64,000 bases of DNA from Takakia lepidozioides (taxonomy: Eukaryota > Plantae > Bryophyta): assembly GCA_030704615.1 (NCBI GenBank), contig CM060732.1:14136001-14200000 (forward strand), written 5' to 3'. This document shows positions 13,276 to 27,100 of the stretch, in pieces. How positions within the stretch are numbered: the first letter of the stretch is position 1; each line of letters begins with the position of its first letter. Position numbers and translations under genes: made by a program. Under the pieces are notes generated by a model, which was not told where the DNA came from, did no database searches, and was given only the letters and a program-made list of their open reading frames with translations.

Positions 13276-14322
13276 CTATGTTGAGAGACGAGAGATGATG
13301 GGCTCGTAATGACCACTTTTACTTGACAAAGTAGGAGAAGTAGAGAAAAATATTTGAAGTGGGTTTTGCGAAACAAACTCATCGCTTGTTGATAACATAA
13401 TTGTTTTTGTTGTATTTGACCAAACTAATATTCGTCTTTGCAAATAATTTGTCAAACATAATATAGCACGATTGTCACCTTCTAGACCCCCAATTTCAAC
13501 ACTCAAAGCCATTCTATCAATATATTCTTGGAAAGTATGGATGCCATGTAATTCAAAAAGGATTTCTGGAGAAAAATGTATTTAATATATCGTTATTTGA
13601 GGTTTGATAATTCTGTAAGAAATAAGGCATGATTTGTTGTCGCAACTCTTTGGATGCATACGCATACTCCAATAAAAATGCAATAGAGTCGAACAAACAA
13701 TCACCGACGACATATGGATAATTTTTTACTCGTTCGAGATTTTTAGAATCCAAGACAAAATCTATATCGGTAGGTTCTGCTCTTGTTTGATCTTTGATGG
13801 CCCTTCTAGTTCGGTGCTGCCACGTTTCGCTTGCATTGTCTTTTCTTTGTCTCAAGCCTCTCTGAGCTTTGTGTGGACATTATAAAGTTTCTCATGCAGC
13901 AATCTGCATGAGTTGTTACATCTTGGTGAGTACTGAGAATCCACGAGTGTTGTAAGATGCTCCACCTTCAGTCTTGTCCATTCAAGCTTGTGCATGTCCA
14001 CTATTGGTATACAGCTTGCTTCTACTTTCTTCATTCTGTGTGCAGATATCTGGAACCTGTAGTTGCATTCAGATGGTGTAGGAGGAGAATAACAGTCACA
14101 ATGCCACTGCAGCTTTAGCATTTCCAGAGCTGACTCCCCAATGGTATGCCCTGATAATCTGTGTTCCTGGTTTGTATGTAGTTGTCTACAACACATACAA
14201 CAGAAGTGCATTATGCATGATTCTATATAGTTTGGAGTAATTTTATAGCCATGGGGATGATATGTGGTTTTGTTTTTTCGATTTTGGCGCAGGTAATGAA
14301 GGAGTTTGAAGAATGTCAGCAA
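13276..14322 (-). pseudogene. OTU-like cysteine protease fragment with an upstream Cys-rich ORF (Helitron- or other TE-derived)
   Basis: YVVGDCLFDSIAFLL (Cys box) in 13553..13855 and SGHYEPI (His box) in 13276..13512, inside an AT-rich block at 12510-14880. Confidence 0.5.
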
Positions 14323-16859
14323 TTAACAGCTAAGTTTCTAATTTCCTGAACATGTTGTTGAAATTTTAATAATTAATGTACGTTAATAGTTAATCTTTAA
14401 CCAAAATTAATAGTTTGTAGTCAATAATTTGCATACCTCTTAATGACTTTTGAGCTTCCACCTTTTTGTTTCCAGCTCCCACTGATGTTTGTTGTGTGGC
14501 TTTTCATCTTCTTGTTTGCTGTTTGTGTAGGTTTCGGTCATGATTATTATGTCTTTTCATCTTCTTCTTTGCTGTTTTCTTGGTTTCAGTCATGATTATT
14601 GTGTTTTTTCATCTTCCTCTGCCTCTTTTAGTTTTTTTAATAATCAGCTTTGTCTCTTCAGCTTCCACTTTCTATTGCTTCCACCCTCCATAAAAGCTGA
14701 TTGTGTTTAGGACGCGTTGCTGATTGTGTGAGTATAGAAGATCTGAAGCACATATTGTCTAGCTATTATTTCTTTTCTTTGTCTTCATTGTTTTCAGGTA
14801 ATCTTGTCTTTTCAGGTAGTGTGATGGTTGTGAGATGCAACCGACCTCTTTTGACTGTAGGAATGTCAATACTAGCACAACCACAAAGGGTTTTCAATGA
14901 AATAAGAGAGCGGAGGGAGGTGCCTCAAGAAATCTGGAGGCAACTTACAAATGCCACCACTCACTCGTAAACCGGGGGGGGGCTCTCGGCCTCGATCCCA
15001 ACTTCCTCCCCCTGCTCCTTCTCGGATTTTTCCTCATCCTCCGAGGATGTCTCTTCCTCTTTCGGCAGACGTTCAGCCGCTGCAAGTTCGGAGTTGTGGA
15101 GGGCAGTATCTGGCTCGAAGGCAAAGACATGCCTGTCGGACAACGTCCATGCCCACATTGAAGCACCTGAGGAACAAAGCGGGCGGTTAATAGCTTGCGG
15201 CATGCAATTGCAATCGGGCCAGGGGACAAACTGAGCACGTGAAGGCTTACCCGTGCCGCATGTGAAGTCCAGAATCCGCCCTTGGACATCCGAGCACGTC
15301 TCCATGAGGGTTTGGATGAAAGCAGGGCTCCGGGTCGGCTGTACCGCCACGGGGTTTGCCTGTCTTTGTGTCCTTCGGCATACTAGAGTGGGGCACATAG
15401 TTGTAGAGGACATCGTAGGTTACAGGGTCCACAGCGGCATCAACAAGACGACGTCATTGCGGAATTTGAACGTAGACCCTCTCTTCACAAGCAATATGCC
15501 TCAAACACCAATGTCTGCACATTAGCAAAGAAGGATCAACTCCAGGGTCTACTAACATACACCACAATATGAAGTGAATGCAATAGATTGATAACTTACA
15601 CTTTGGCCCTCTGTCGCAAACCCTGCGTACTGATGTAGAACCATTTTCTGAGGAGGACCGGGGTGACACTTTCGGTGTCCACCTTGCCACCGCATTCTCT
15701 GTGGTCTTCCCTCTCGTGGCAAGGACAACCCACACACACCGTCATCCAGAAGCATCCCCGCCAGCCCAAACCCGGCTTTCCAGTAGTCCTCAGTAACCTG
15801 TTCCAGGTGGGCACACCATCCAGGCCCTCCAGCAGCTCCACATCTGGAATGTCGAGGAGAATCATGTCGCAAGCTCTCTCCACCTCAACCCCCCCCCCCG
15901 AGTGCTCTTGCAATTCGTGCTCACAGCCGTGAAGAATTCCATCATGGCTTCAAAACCAGGGGGTGTCTTTAGGCTCTGTACCACCAGTCCTCTTCTTGGC
16001 TTCCCCTTCTGCTCCGCCAGAGACTTGTTGTATGCCACCTTCTTCGCCCATGGCAGCGAGAGCGTCAAGGAATCTCTCATTGACGCATTGGATGATGGTT
16101 GGAGGTTCTAGCTTTGGCCTGTACGTAAACGTCACCGACGAATACCGCCGGTAGGCTCGCCTCAAATGCCAACTTCTTGGCAGAGCCAGTCCCACTCCGA
16201 ACTGACTTGGGAACCCGGACGACCGGTGAATGGTAGGAGCAACAAACAGTCGCAGGACCTTGAACAAAGTCGTCGTTCCGAGTCACTCTTTGGGTCCCCT
16301 CCTGCGCCTCCTCCGATGCCCCGATGGTTTTCTTCTTTTTGGGTGTTACTGCACTCACCTGTTTATGTCCTTTTCCTTTGGCCTTTACTCTTCTCATGCA
16401 ATTTCTCCTGAATTCCTGCCTGAGCAAGCTCTGCCGCTTCCTGGAGTTCGCAAGCGCTTTTGCCTCTTTTGCACCCAACGGAGGCAGCGGAGCCCGGTTT
16501 TGTCGGAATTCAACATCCAGCTTCAATTGAAACTCGGAGGGGGTCGAGCGAGCCGGGCGGAAGGTCCACATACCAAGGGCAATCACGCAAATGTTCCAGA
16601 TGCCACTCCTTCACAATATCGTCAGTGTACATGGAGTCAGCCCCAGGGTTCCTCCCATGCCGGAAGAATGGTGGCTCGAAAGACAGATGACCTTTCTCCA
16701 AAAGGGAGAACTTGCAGTACCTGCATTTCATGAAAAACACAATGAGGTCCCTGAAATGCATATTCCGCACCATTTCCAGGTTGGGGCGGATGTGAGTGGG
16801 TAGAAATGGAAAAATGGCGCGACGAATTTCGGTTTTCGGTGACTGCCACCCTAGGGACT

Positions 16860-17800
16860 TAGCCATCTGTGGGAGCCCTGAATGGAAATTCGGCGCCATT
16901 TTTCCGGTTTGGCCCGAAGATGGCTAAGTCCCAGAACCGCAATAGGGCCTAGAATTGGAAAAAAATGACGCCGAAATTTCCAGTTCAGGTCCAGCCACAC
17001 TAGGGACTTAGCCGAAAATGGCTAAGTCCTGAACGGCAATAGGGCCTAGAACTGGAAAAATGGCGCGAATTTCCAGTTCAGGGCCAGACCACCCGGGACT
17101 TAGCACGAAAATGGCCTAAGTCCCTGAACGGCAAATAGGGCCTAGAACTGGAAAATGGCGCCGGAATTTCCAGTTCGGGCCATCCACCCTAGGGACTTAG
17201 CCCGAAAAGGGCTTAAGTCCCTGAACGGCCAATAGGGCCTAGAACTGGAAATGGAGCCGAATTTCCAGTTCCGGGCCCCAGCCACCCTAGGGACTTAGCC
17301 CGAAAATGGCTAAGTCCATGAACGGCCATAGGGCCTAGAACTGGAAAACTGGCGCCGAATTTCCAGGTTCGGGCCAGCCACCATAGGGGAATAGCCGAAA
17401 ATGGCTAATTACCTGAACGGGGCAACCAATAGGGCCTAGAATCTGGAAAAATGCGCCGAATTTACAGTTCGGGGCCCGCCAGTTCTAGGGACTTAGCCCG
17501 AAAATGGGCTAATTCCTGAAACGGCAATAGGGCTTAGAACTGGAAAAAAGGCGCCGAATTTCCAGTTCGGGGGCCCGCAGTCTAGGGACTTAGCCCGAAA
17601 ATGGCTAAGTCCCTGAACGGCAATGGGCCTGGAACTGGGAAAATGGGCGCCGAATTTCCAGTTCAGGGCCAGCCCGTCTAGGGACTAGCCCGGAAAATGG
17701 CCAAGTCCTGAACGGCCAATAGGGCTAGAAAGTGGGGAAAATGCGCCCGAATTTCCAGTTCAGGGCCAAGCAAGTCTTAGGGACTTAGCCATTTTTCGGA
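16860..17800. repeat. ~95-100 bp tandem repeat (about 9-10 copies), probably intronic
   Basis: Unit GGGCCTAGAACTGGAAAAATGGCGCCGAATTTCCAGTTC..GGGACTTAGCCCGAAAATGGCTAAGTCCC contains two palindromes and many 1-bp indels. Confidence 0.85.
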
Positions 17801-20329
17801 GCCCCTCCCTGATGGAAATTCCGGCATTTTCCCTAACACCACATGAGGGCCTCTAACATCCTGAAATGCAAGGAACTTTGAAAGAAAGGACAGCGCGTAT
17901 GTACCTGTACAGAAGGCGCTTGCTACATTTTGTCCGCGTTCGGCTGGTCGGTGAACTCGTGGCTCCGGCGAGCATTGCTATCTCCCCGAAAGAGAATAGG
18001 GGTGGTTTTGTTTGTAGAGCAGAAAGTACCTCGTCACATAGTCACGTAGGCTCTCTGCTACAGGAGATATCTCCATCTTGAACTGATGTGCTTGTGTGTC
18101 CCAGCTGCTCTTGCGCATTCGTCGTCACCGTTGAGATTCTCCATCAATCGTTTTCCTCTAAAAATACAATGAATCCACCCCCTACTAGAGTAGAAGCCCC
18201 AAACGAAGCGTGGGGAAGTACCTGAAACCACCATGTCATGCGGTTCATCCACATGTCGAATGTGGGTCAGAGAGTTTGTCCGGTTTGGGAAGCTCCACAT
18301 GTCCCTGGTACTTTGGAACCATTCCAGATTGGCGGGTCTGTCCAACCACCCAGCATATTCGTAAGCGCCAAACACCACAAAAAGGAGTTGTTGCCACCAC
18401 GATTTGGTTAAGAATGTATCACCTTTTCTGTTGCATCCACACAGGATGTGGCTAGACGATGGAGCTTCTCCAATGTCATCGTGGGCTTCAGAGCGCGAGA
18501 GTAGTGCTTCCCCACCTCCACCAGAAAGTCGGCACCAAGGGCGGATCAGCTATGGCCACGTACTTTACCATCCGCAACTTGTACTTTATGATGCGGGCCC
18601 TCACCTCCGTAGCTTTGACATACGATTCGAGTTCCGGGAGGGTTGGATTCTTCTCCTCTGACTCCATGTAGAAACTCCGCGCAATTGCTTTCTATTGGGG
18701 AGGAGATTAGAAAATCACGGCAAAGACCTTATTGCTTTCTATTGGGGAGGAGATTAGAAAATCACGGCAAAGACCTTTTCTTCTATTGGGGGAGGAGAGA
18801 CAATTACTCAACAAAACTGTCAGGACTTTACCCGAAATATTTAGTCCACCATGGCATATCGACACCTCCAGCCTATAAACCAGGTTCTGTCCTGCCTTTT
18901 GCCTCCGACTTGCGCAGGATGTTCGGCACTGAGGGAATTGGCAAACTCTTGCACCCCCCGCTTCCCGACATCCTTCAATCGGAAGAGCATATGGGACAAG
19001 TTGGTGGCAATGAAAGGCATTCTCAGTCACCCTGCAGTGCCACATTCCATCAACAATACTGAATGGGGATTCCCATCATATATGAGGATTCGCAATGAAA
19101 TGACTTCCAAATTCAAAGTCCAAAAGCGAGAGGGGTTGTAGCTTACGAGTTGATGTCGGCCATTGCAGCTTTGAGAAGACTGACTGCGATCTTTGGGCCC
19201 CGCACCTTCAGCACACCACAATCCACGGCGAAATCCAATCGAGGTCGTTGGGGTGGGCTTGGGGCAATGTGCTCCATCCATGCCAGAGGCGATGATGTCG
19301 CCCCACGTAGAACATCTTACCGGACAAGTGCTGGAAAAAGAGGATCACTAGCAATCGATCTCTCGAACTCCTCATTTCGCGTTTGCCATGGGGACCACCC
19401 CATTTGTCCACCTCATCGGAATTGTGGGCACGGGAATCTCCTTGGTGTCGTTCTCAATGGAACGTAAAATGCGGCAGACCCATTCGATATCCATCCCGGA
19501 AAGAGAATTTCAGCTTGTCCGATATCGCCTGGGAGGGCAGGTCTCATCACCTACAATGACACCAAGCGGCAAGGGGAATTCGAAGCTTGGCCGGGTACAC
19601 CATGCCCCCCCGCACCCTTCCAATGTTGCTGTGGGTTGCCTCCAACATCTTGGCAGTGGCCAACTTCATATCCGCCTCAGACATGACGTCTGCTGCAGAG
19701 GGGTTTCCGGCAGCCCACCAGGACCCCCCAAAAATCCAGCCTTTATGCCTGTAGCTCCGGGTTTGGGGCCTGGGGATGTCCTAGGATGCATCATCCTGGT
19801 CAGAAAGCTCCGTGTCGTCCTCCTCAACAGGGTCAGCCACCTGCGAAACCACCCCCTCCAGCACTCTCCCCGTCTCTACTACCTCTCCTTCTCTACTGGC
19901 TATCACACTCTCGAACTTACCATGCATCTTGCACAATCCTTTCTCTTTCTGTTGTTCTTTCCTCTCCTCCACTCTCCACCGTTATGGGTAATTGCGGGGC
20001 TCTCTTGCCCCGCGATGGTCTAACCGTGTGTTACTTACTCTCTGCTACTGCCTCTCTGTGGTGTCTTGGAGGGATCCACCATCTCTGTGCGTCCCTCGCT
20101 TACATGGCATCTGTCATTTGGGCACCCCTGGCCTCTTCATCTGCTTTTTTTCTCTTTCCTCCTGGCTAGCATTCTGTCTCGTCTGTTCTTTTGCCCTCTC
20201 TTTGTGCCCTCTCACGGGCTTTCGTCGGTTTCTTACTAGGGCTAGCAGCAGGGGAGCCCTCCAGGACGACCACCTTGATTGAGGCGAACTGACACCTCCG
20301 CGTGCACTGCTCCCTCCCCCCTCCGCAGC

Positions 20330-20945
20330 CCGTGACGGCTCTCTCCTCGCCGGGATTGCATGTGCTTAGCTTTCTCTTCTTTTCTTTGCGTGGGCGGGCC
20401 CTATTGCATGTGCATGAACAACCTCCATTGCCGGATCTGCTGTCCTCATTTCCTCATGCCCTTCACCTGCCATGCCGCCTGCACCAACCTCCCCAATGCC
20501 TATTCTGTCGTACTCCCTCGTTGCAAGTTCCTCCCGTCCACCAACAAAGGTTAAGTTTGCCCTCTCGCCCCAATTGGGCGATTCAAACATGCGATGAGTT
20601 GGAGCTGTCGATGATACCACCAGCGTGCGTGACGGCTCTCTCGCCGGGGATGCATGTGCTTAGCTTTCTTCTTTTTCTTTTTCTTTGCGGCGGGCCCTAC
20701 TGCATGTGCATGAACAACCTCCATTGCCGGATCTGCTGTCCTCATGTCCTCACGCCCTTTCACCTACCATGCCGCCTGCACCAACCTCCCCAATGCCTAT
20801 TCTGTCGTACTCCTCGTTGCAAGTCCTCCCTCCCGCCACCAACAAAGGTTTTTGGAGCTGTCGATGATACTACCAGCGTGCCGGGCGCGTCGTCACTTTG
20901 GAGCTGTCGATGATACTACCAGCGTGCCGGGCGCGTCGTCACTCT
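20330..20945. repeat. ~300-bp tandem duplication plus a short tandem repeat
   Basis: 20330-20550 recurs at 20628-20850; TTTGGAGCTGTCGATGATACTACCAGCGTG is repeated. Confidence 0.75.
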
Positions 20946-21679
20946 GTCATTGACAAAGCGTGAAAAACCCAACATCGGTGGCAAAACACAGCATCGCAAC
21001 GAGCAGCGCAACCACCATAGCAAACAATCGTCATGTGTTTTTTTTTTTTTTTTTTTTCTGCCAAAAATGAAAACATAACAAGTTTAGGAAGTATGGAGAG
21101 CCATGCAAAACAACAATGAAAACAAAAATGCAACCATTGCCTGAGAATGACATGCACAAGCAGCCTTCTCCAGAGCTGACGGATTTGCACCCGCATTGCA
21201 AAAACAATCTAAGGTTCACTCAACTATCTAAAGTTCACTCATCCAGCGAAGCCAGGATGAAGATGCAAAAACAAAGCGAGGTAACAAAGCGAAAGCCAAA
21301 AGAAATCGAACAAAACCGAAAGCAGAAGTGGCTTGCCTGAGAGTACTCGGCTTCAGTGGCGCGGTTGTGAGCAAGACACTGGAATCTCCTGCTGGAGCTT
21401 CAGTTTGGCCATGCGAGAGATTGGCCGTCGTCCGTAGTACAGAGCTTTCACTTCCGCTGTCGGTCTGGATGTGAGGTCTCTCTCAGGAGAACCACGCCCT
21501 TCAGGTGGCATAAGTCCCAGCCAAAAGATCTCTTTTTTTGGGGTACATGCCTCGAATAGCATATTTAGGGTACGTATCCAGGAAGCCATGCGTCGCCAGC
21601 CCGAATGAAAACCGACGGCGGTCGACATTTATTGCCCAACTGCGCAATTACATGTCGGATGAAGACCTCCATGTCGGAT

Positions 21680-23105
21680 GAAAATCGACATAAAGAGGCC
21701 CGGAATTTCCAACATAGAGGTAATTCGGAGCGCTGCACGATGGAATTCCGGCGCCGGATTTCCATCCTGCAGGTAATTCGGAGCGCAGCAGGATGGAAAT
21801 TCAGCGCCGAATTTCCATCCAGCAAGGTAGGGCGGCGCTGGAAATTTCCCTCAAGCAAGTAATTCAGAAGCGGATGGATGGAAATCCGGCGCCGGATTTC
21901 CATCCGCGCAGCAGGGTAGGGCAGCGCGCAAATTCCCCTCACGCAAGTAATTCAGAAGCGGATGGATGGAAATCCGGCGCCGGATTTCCATCCGCAAGGT
22001 TGGGCGGAGAGCGGATGGATGGAGATCCGGCGACGAATTTCCATCCTGCATGTAATTCGAATCCCGGATGGATGGAAATCCGGCGCCGAATTTCCATCCA
22101 GCAGGTAAGTGGAATCCCGGATGGATGGAAATTCGGCGCCGGATTTCCGTCCAGCAGGTAATTCGAATCCCCGATGGATGGAAATTCGGCGCCGGATTTC
22201 CGTCCAGCAGGTAAGTGGAATCCCGGATGGATGGAAATTCGGCGCCGCATTTCCATCCAGCAGGTAACTGGAATCCCGGATGGATCGAAATCCGGCGCCG
22301 AATTTCCATCCTGCAGGTAATTCTGATCTCAGAATTTCCATCCTGCAGGTAATTCTGATCGATGTATTACCTTCCTGCAGGTAATTCTCATCTCGGAATT
22401 ACCTTCCTGCAGGTAATTCTGAGCGATGAATTACCTTCCTACCTTCATCGATAAGAATTACCTGCAGGAAGGTAATTCTCAGCGATGAAATACCTGGCGA
22501 ATGGAAATTCGGCGCCGAATATCCATACGCCAGCGATCCGACTTACCTGCTGGATGGAAATTCGGCGCCGGATTTCCATCCATCCGGGATTCAACTTACT
22601 TGCTGGATGGAATTCGGCGCCGAATTTCCATCCATCCGGGATTCGAATTACCTGCAGGATGGAAATGCGGCGCCGGATTTCGATCCATCCGGGATTTCAC
22701 TTACCTGCTGGATGGAAATTCGGCGCCGAATTTCCATCCATCCGGGATTCGAATTACCTGCAGGATGGAAATGCGGCGCCGAATTTCGATCCATCCGGGA
22801 TTTCACTTACCTGCTGGATGGAAATTCGGCGCCGAATTTCCATCCATCCGGGATTCGAATTACCTGCAGGATGGAAATGCGGCGCCGGATTTCGATCCAT
22901 CGGGATTTCACTTACTGCTGGATGGAAATTCGGCGCCGAATTTCCATCCATCCGGGATTCGAATTACCTGCAGGATGGAAATGCAGCGCCGGATTTCGAT
23001 CCATCCGGGATTTCACTTACTTGCTGGATGGAAATTCGGCGCCAGATTTCCATCCATCCGGGATTGCACTTACCTGCTAGATGGAAATTCGGCGCCGAAT
23101 TCCAT
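21680..23105. repeat. 53-bp periodic array of the palindrome GGAAATTCGGCGCCGAATTTCC
   Basis: Starts include 22503, 22556, 22609, 22661, 22714, 22767, 22820, 22873, 22924, 22977, 23030 and 23083; sparse copies continue to ~23830. Confidence 0.92.
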
Positions 23106-24137
23106 CCGGGGGATGGTCTTTGTCGGAGAGGTGCCCCGGCCTCTCCGCCGCTCTGTTGGATAGTCGGTGGCCTAATTTCCGTCCTTCGTTTGAAATATGG
23201 TGCCCCGGCCTCTCCGCCGCTCTGTTGGATAGTCTGTGGCCTAATTTCCGTCCTTCGTTTGAAATATGACGCCAGGTGCCGCCTCTCCCCCCTTCCCCGA
23301 CTGCAATTGGAACGGCCCCTTATTGAACTTCGGCGCCGTTTTCCCATCTTCCTGGGGAGGTTTTTAATGTCGGCCAGTTTTCGGTCTGACCCCCCGACAA
23401 GACTTCCTTTGGGGGGCACGGATGGAAATTCGGCGCCGAATCTCCATCCAGGGATGCTCCTCTGTCGAACACGTGCCGACCCTCTACGCCCTAGGTGACT
23501 TTCATCCGGGCGTCCCTGTTCGATATTCGGTGCCGAATTTCCGTCCGGGGTTTGAATGTGACGCCAAGTGCCGCCCACTCCTCCCCCCTCCGCCCGACTC
23601 GCATCCGAACCGCCCCGGATGGAAATTCGGCGCCGTTTTCCATCTGGGGATGTTTTTATGCCGGCCAGTTTTCGGCCTGACCCACCGACAAACGACTCCT
23701 TTGGGGCCCGGATGGAAATTCGGCGCCGAATCTTCCATCCAGGGATGTTCTCTGTCGCACACCTGGCCGGCCTCTGCGCCCGAGCGACTTCATCCGGGCT
23801 GTCCCCTGTTGGATTTGGGTGCCGGAATTTCCATTCGGGGGTAGTAATGTGACGGCAACGGTGCCGGCTTCTCCCCTTCAGCCGTCATCATCCGGACGGC
23901 CCCCCACTTTCTGACTGCATACCATGGCAGTTATTGCGCAAAGACCCAGGGGCCCGCATTCAGACAAGGTTCAGTAACACTCTCTGACTGTGGATTTTTG
24001 AGATAGTTGGCTCCCTGGATTTGGATCAGGCTTCGTCGCTCGGACAAATCGGCATCGCATTCATTCCATCGCTGCATCCCCCTTCTACCAGGTGAGCTTC
24101 CCCGCACGCCATCCTGCAGTCTTTGTGCACATCTCCC

Positions 24138-27100
24138 ATGGCGGAAACCCGAGCGCTACGTGTACTACTCCTCTACTGCCCTCCTCACGAGCATAGAGCT
24201 TCATTTCCGTGCAGAGGGACACCTGCCGGGTGATGGGAGAAATGTGTGTGCGTTCGATACCACCTGAACCGGTCGGTTTTTTTGGAGGAGGAAGGAAGGA
24301 CTTCTAACGACCTTGTTGTCTATATATTGTTGTGCTCCACGTGATTTCGGCGATGGCAGGGAATGGCGAGTTCCCACCAGCACAACGTCATATACAGGGT
24401 TTGTGGGGACTTTCATTTGCCCGCCAATGCACCTTCTATCCTGGCGCCTTCCACGAACCATCCGCGAATCAGAGAGTGGCTACCTCAAAGAGAGAAGCCG
24501 CACGAAGTAAATCCAGAGCCGACCCATCCATGAAGACGAGCGAGAACCGGGTTGTTCACAACCTGTCCGACTCAGACGAGTCATGGAAGTTTCCGAGGTC
24601 GTCCTCGAGATCAGGCAGTCCTCAGGACGTCAGTGGAGGAGGGAGTCATATTCCCAGCACGAGCACCGCAATTCGATCTATTCTTTAAATTCTGCGAGGG
24701 CTTCACCTGGAGGGACACACCGGTCCGGAGCTTGGCCGGGGCTGGACACAGCAAGTTCGCAATTAAATCGGTTACATGCCTTCCCCTGACGTCGACGGTA
24801 ATATCTTCTTTGAGTTCCCCCTGGGCGTACTACTCGAGGGCTCCGAATGCTGACAGATATGGATAGAAAACATGACGGTCATCCTTGGTGCATTACCAAA
24901 ACCCCAGCATGAAGATGCTTCGATGGTGTGCGGGTGCGCTATTTGTTTGTGCGGGCGCGTTGCGTGTTTTTCTCCCCAACGTTTGCTTCCACTTTAATCC
25001 AGAGGTCACAGGACCGAGACCGATGGACAGGCACAACTCATCAACCATTTCTAGCTCAGGGAAGGTTCCGAACTCCACATTTAATTGTGACGCATTGCAA
25101 AGAACCACCACACTGCATGTCTGTTTGTAATGCCAAGCAGTTCCTATGTTTGCAAAACCGTTTCCCTGACCTCCACCCACCCGAGCTTGCATACACGTGG
25201 TTCCCATTGTCACACTGGCGAGGGGAACTCGCGGGAGGCTGCCCACGAAGCAGAGCCTCGTTTCAGGAGGAGGTTAAGTTGAGACCGGGGCCAACCCCAA
25301 ACGAAATACAGCTCCAGCCCCCATAAGATTTGCATTGGCCAGAATTATGTCGGAGACGGCTCGATAGATTTCCTCTCCACGAGAAGGAAATGGAGGCATT
25401 GCTGAGTCGGTGTCCCACGTATGTTCACCGAATGTCCCGAAACCACATTGTCTCATGCAAACAGAAAATTGGGCGGTGGCTCGGATATGCGACTCCATTC
25501 TTGAGGTGAAGCGACGATGTGGATATGACTACATTCATGGCAGTAGGTTTCCAGGACAAGGGACTGAGGCAGATCGTTGTTTCGTATTCAAAATGTCCAC
25601 GTGTGGACCTGGCAGCGGCGTCGAACTGGTCGACAGGATGACGAGTTGGACTTGTCAAACAGTTGGGTCATGTTCGACCATATCAAGCAATTACAAATCA
25701 CCAGTGGGTGACAATGATGCACGTTAGATACCCACTGCAGGATGCTAATGACAATTGCTATTTGTGAGATGAAAGAGAGGACACCAATCGGAGATGCTTC
25801 TTTGGCAGGAATAAACGAACAGATGGCCAAGGCCGGGTTGCCCCCTCCGAATTTCCTCCGTGGTTTCATGGCGGACAACGCACAAGCAAATTGGGCTCCA
25901 TCCGAAGGGTGTACGGGCAAGACCCCAATGTTCCCATGGAAGGCAAGGAGAGATCTTGTGGGTTCCATTTTCTGCAGAGCCTTGCGCAGTACACAACAAG
26001 CTCGTGGCGCCAGATTTCAGAGAGGAGCACGTTCCATGTGCCTTGCGTGGGAAGCGCGCTCCCACCTTGGATGATGCAGAACACCAAATTTGCATGTATA
26101 CGGGCTTGGTGGACATCGTCAGGTGCTGTAAGGAATCAGACGAGGGAGCAATGGTCATTTGGCTAGCATGGTGGCATTATTGTTTCCTCCCAGTTCGGCG
26201 ACTATATGCGGGAGGTGAGTTGCACAAATTCGCGTCCCGTTGATTTATTCTTGGCCATATTTGTAACTTGCTTGTAACCTGAACATGTGCTTGTGTAGGA
26301 AATTGTCTCGACTCCGACACCGACATGCCACGACAACCATGGCCGAATCAGGCACTCTTTCCTGGCGTGCCTCCTCTGCAGCGCATCTGGTGGACATCCT
26401 CACTGCCACAACGGAGGACATTGTGAGTCATTATGCAGCAATGCAGGTACAACGAGTTGAAAGGGAACAGTGGGCTTGGGGCCGGACAGGCAGGAAATGC
26501 TGATGCGGACTGCCTTCTAATCGAAGAATCCTCGGAAGTGGCGGCGGCCTTGCGAGAGGGCCTTCGGGACACGCCATTCTGCGAAGAGGCCACATTTGGA
26601 AGGAGATGTTCATACCCGTCCGTTGAACGAAGACTTGACGAGGCACCTGGCGGAGAAGAGGATTCATGGCAGCTGACAAGAATATTCGCACGCTCCCTCG
26701 TGGTCCGGTGATGTTGCCCGAGGAGGTCTCGTCGAGCACCGCAAGTCCTCACGTTCAAGATCGCCATCTTCCTTTGAGCACAGGCGCGTGCCCCGGCAAC
26801 ATAACAAGCCATCTGTAGTACGCATACAACATTCCCATTGTGGAGACAAGAGTGTCGGAGTCACAGTGGAGAATTGCGAGGACATTGTCGGCATTTCGAG
26901 GGAAGTGCTCGCCATCCGGCCGGGTGGATACGAGAGCACGCTTGTTGTGAGATGATTCGGAGGACCCACACGGTGCTGGTACCTGCACCTTGTTTCAGCG
27001 GCAGATTTTTGACTTCCACATTTGCTCACGCCACAACGCAGACATTTTGGTTTTGTAGGCACGACATAATGACCTGTTGTATTTGGCAAGCCCAAGTACG

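Larger units (their letters stand above)
14961..21563 (-). pseudogene. multi-exon ParB-like/DNA amino-methyltransferase-like gene, heavily frameshifted
   Basis: Segments LYYGRRP..LQQEI, GKMFYV..HHRL (~19300), CDMILLDIPD (~15850) and RSPAFIQTLMETCSDVQGRILDFTCGT|GASMWAWTLSDRHVFAFEPD are collinear with the MULE-2 gene and share the motif-I intron. Confidence 0.8.

Noticed and set aside
21565-23850. Many ORFs with MEIRRRISI/GNSAPNF/WKFGAEF repeats (likewise MRCRIS/GNAVPHF at 36.5-37.3, 43-44.9 and 58.7-59.5 kb)
   Set aside because: These are translations of a stop-free palindrome in all six frames; the 53-bp period is not a multiple of 3.
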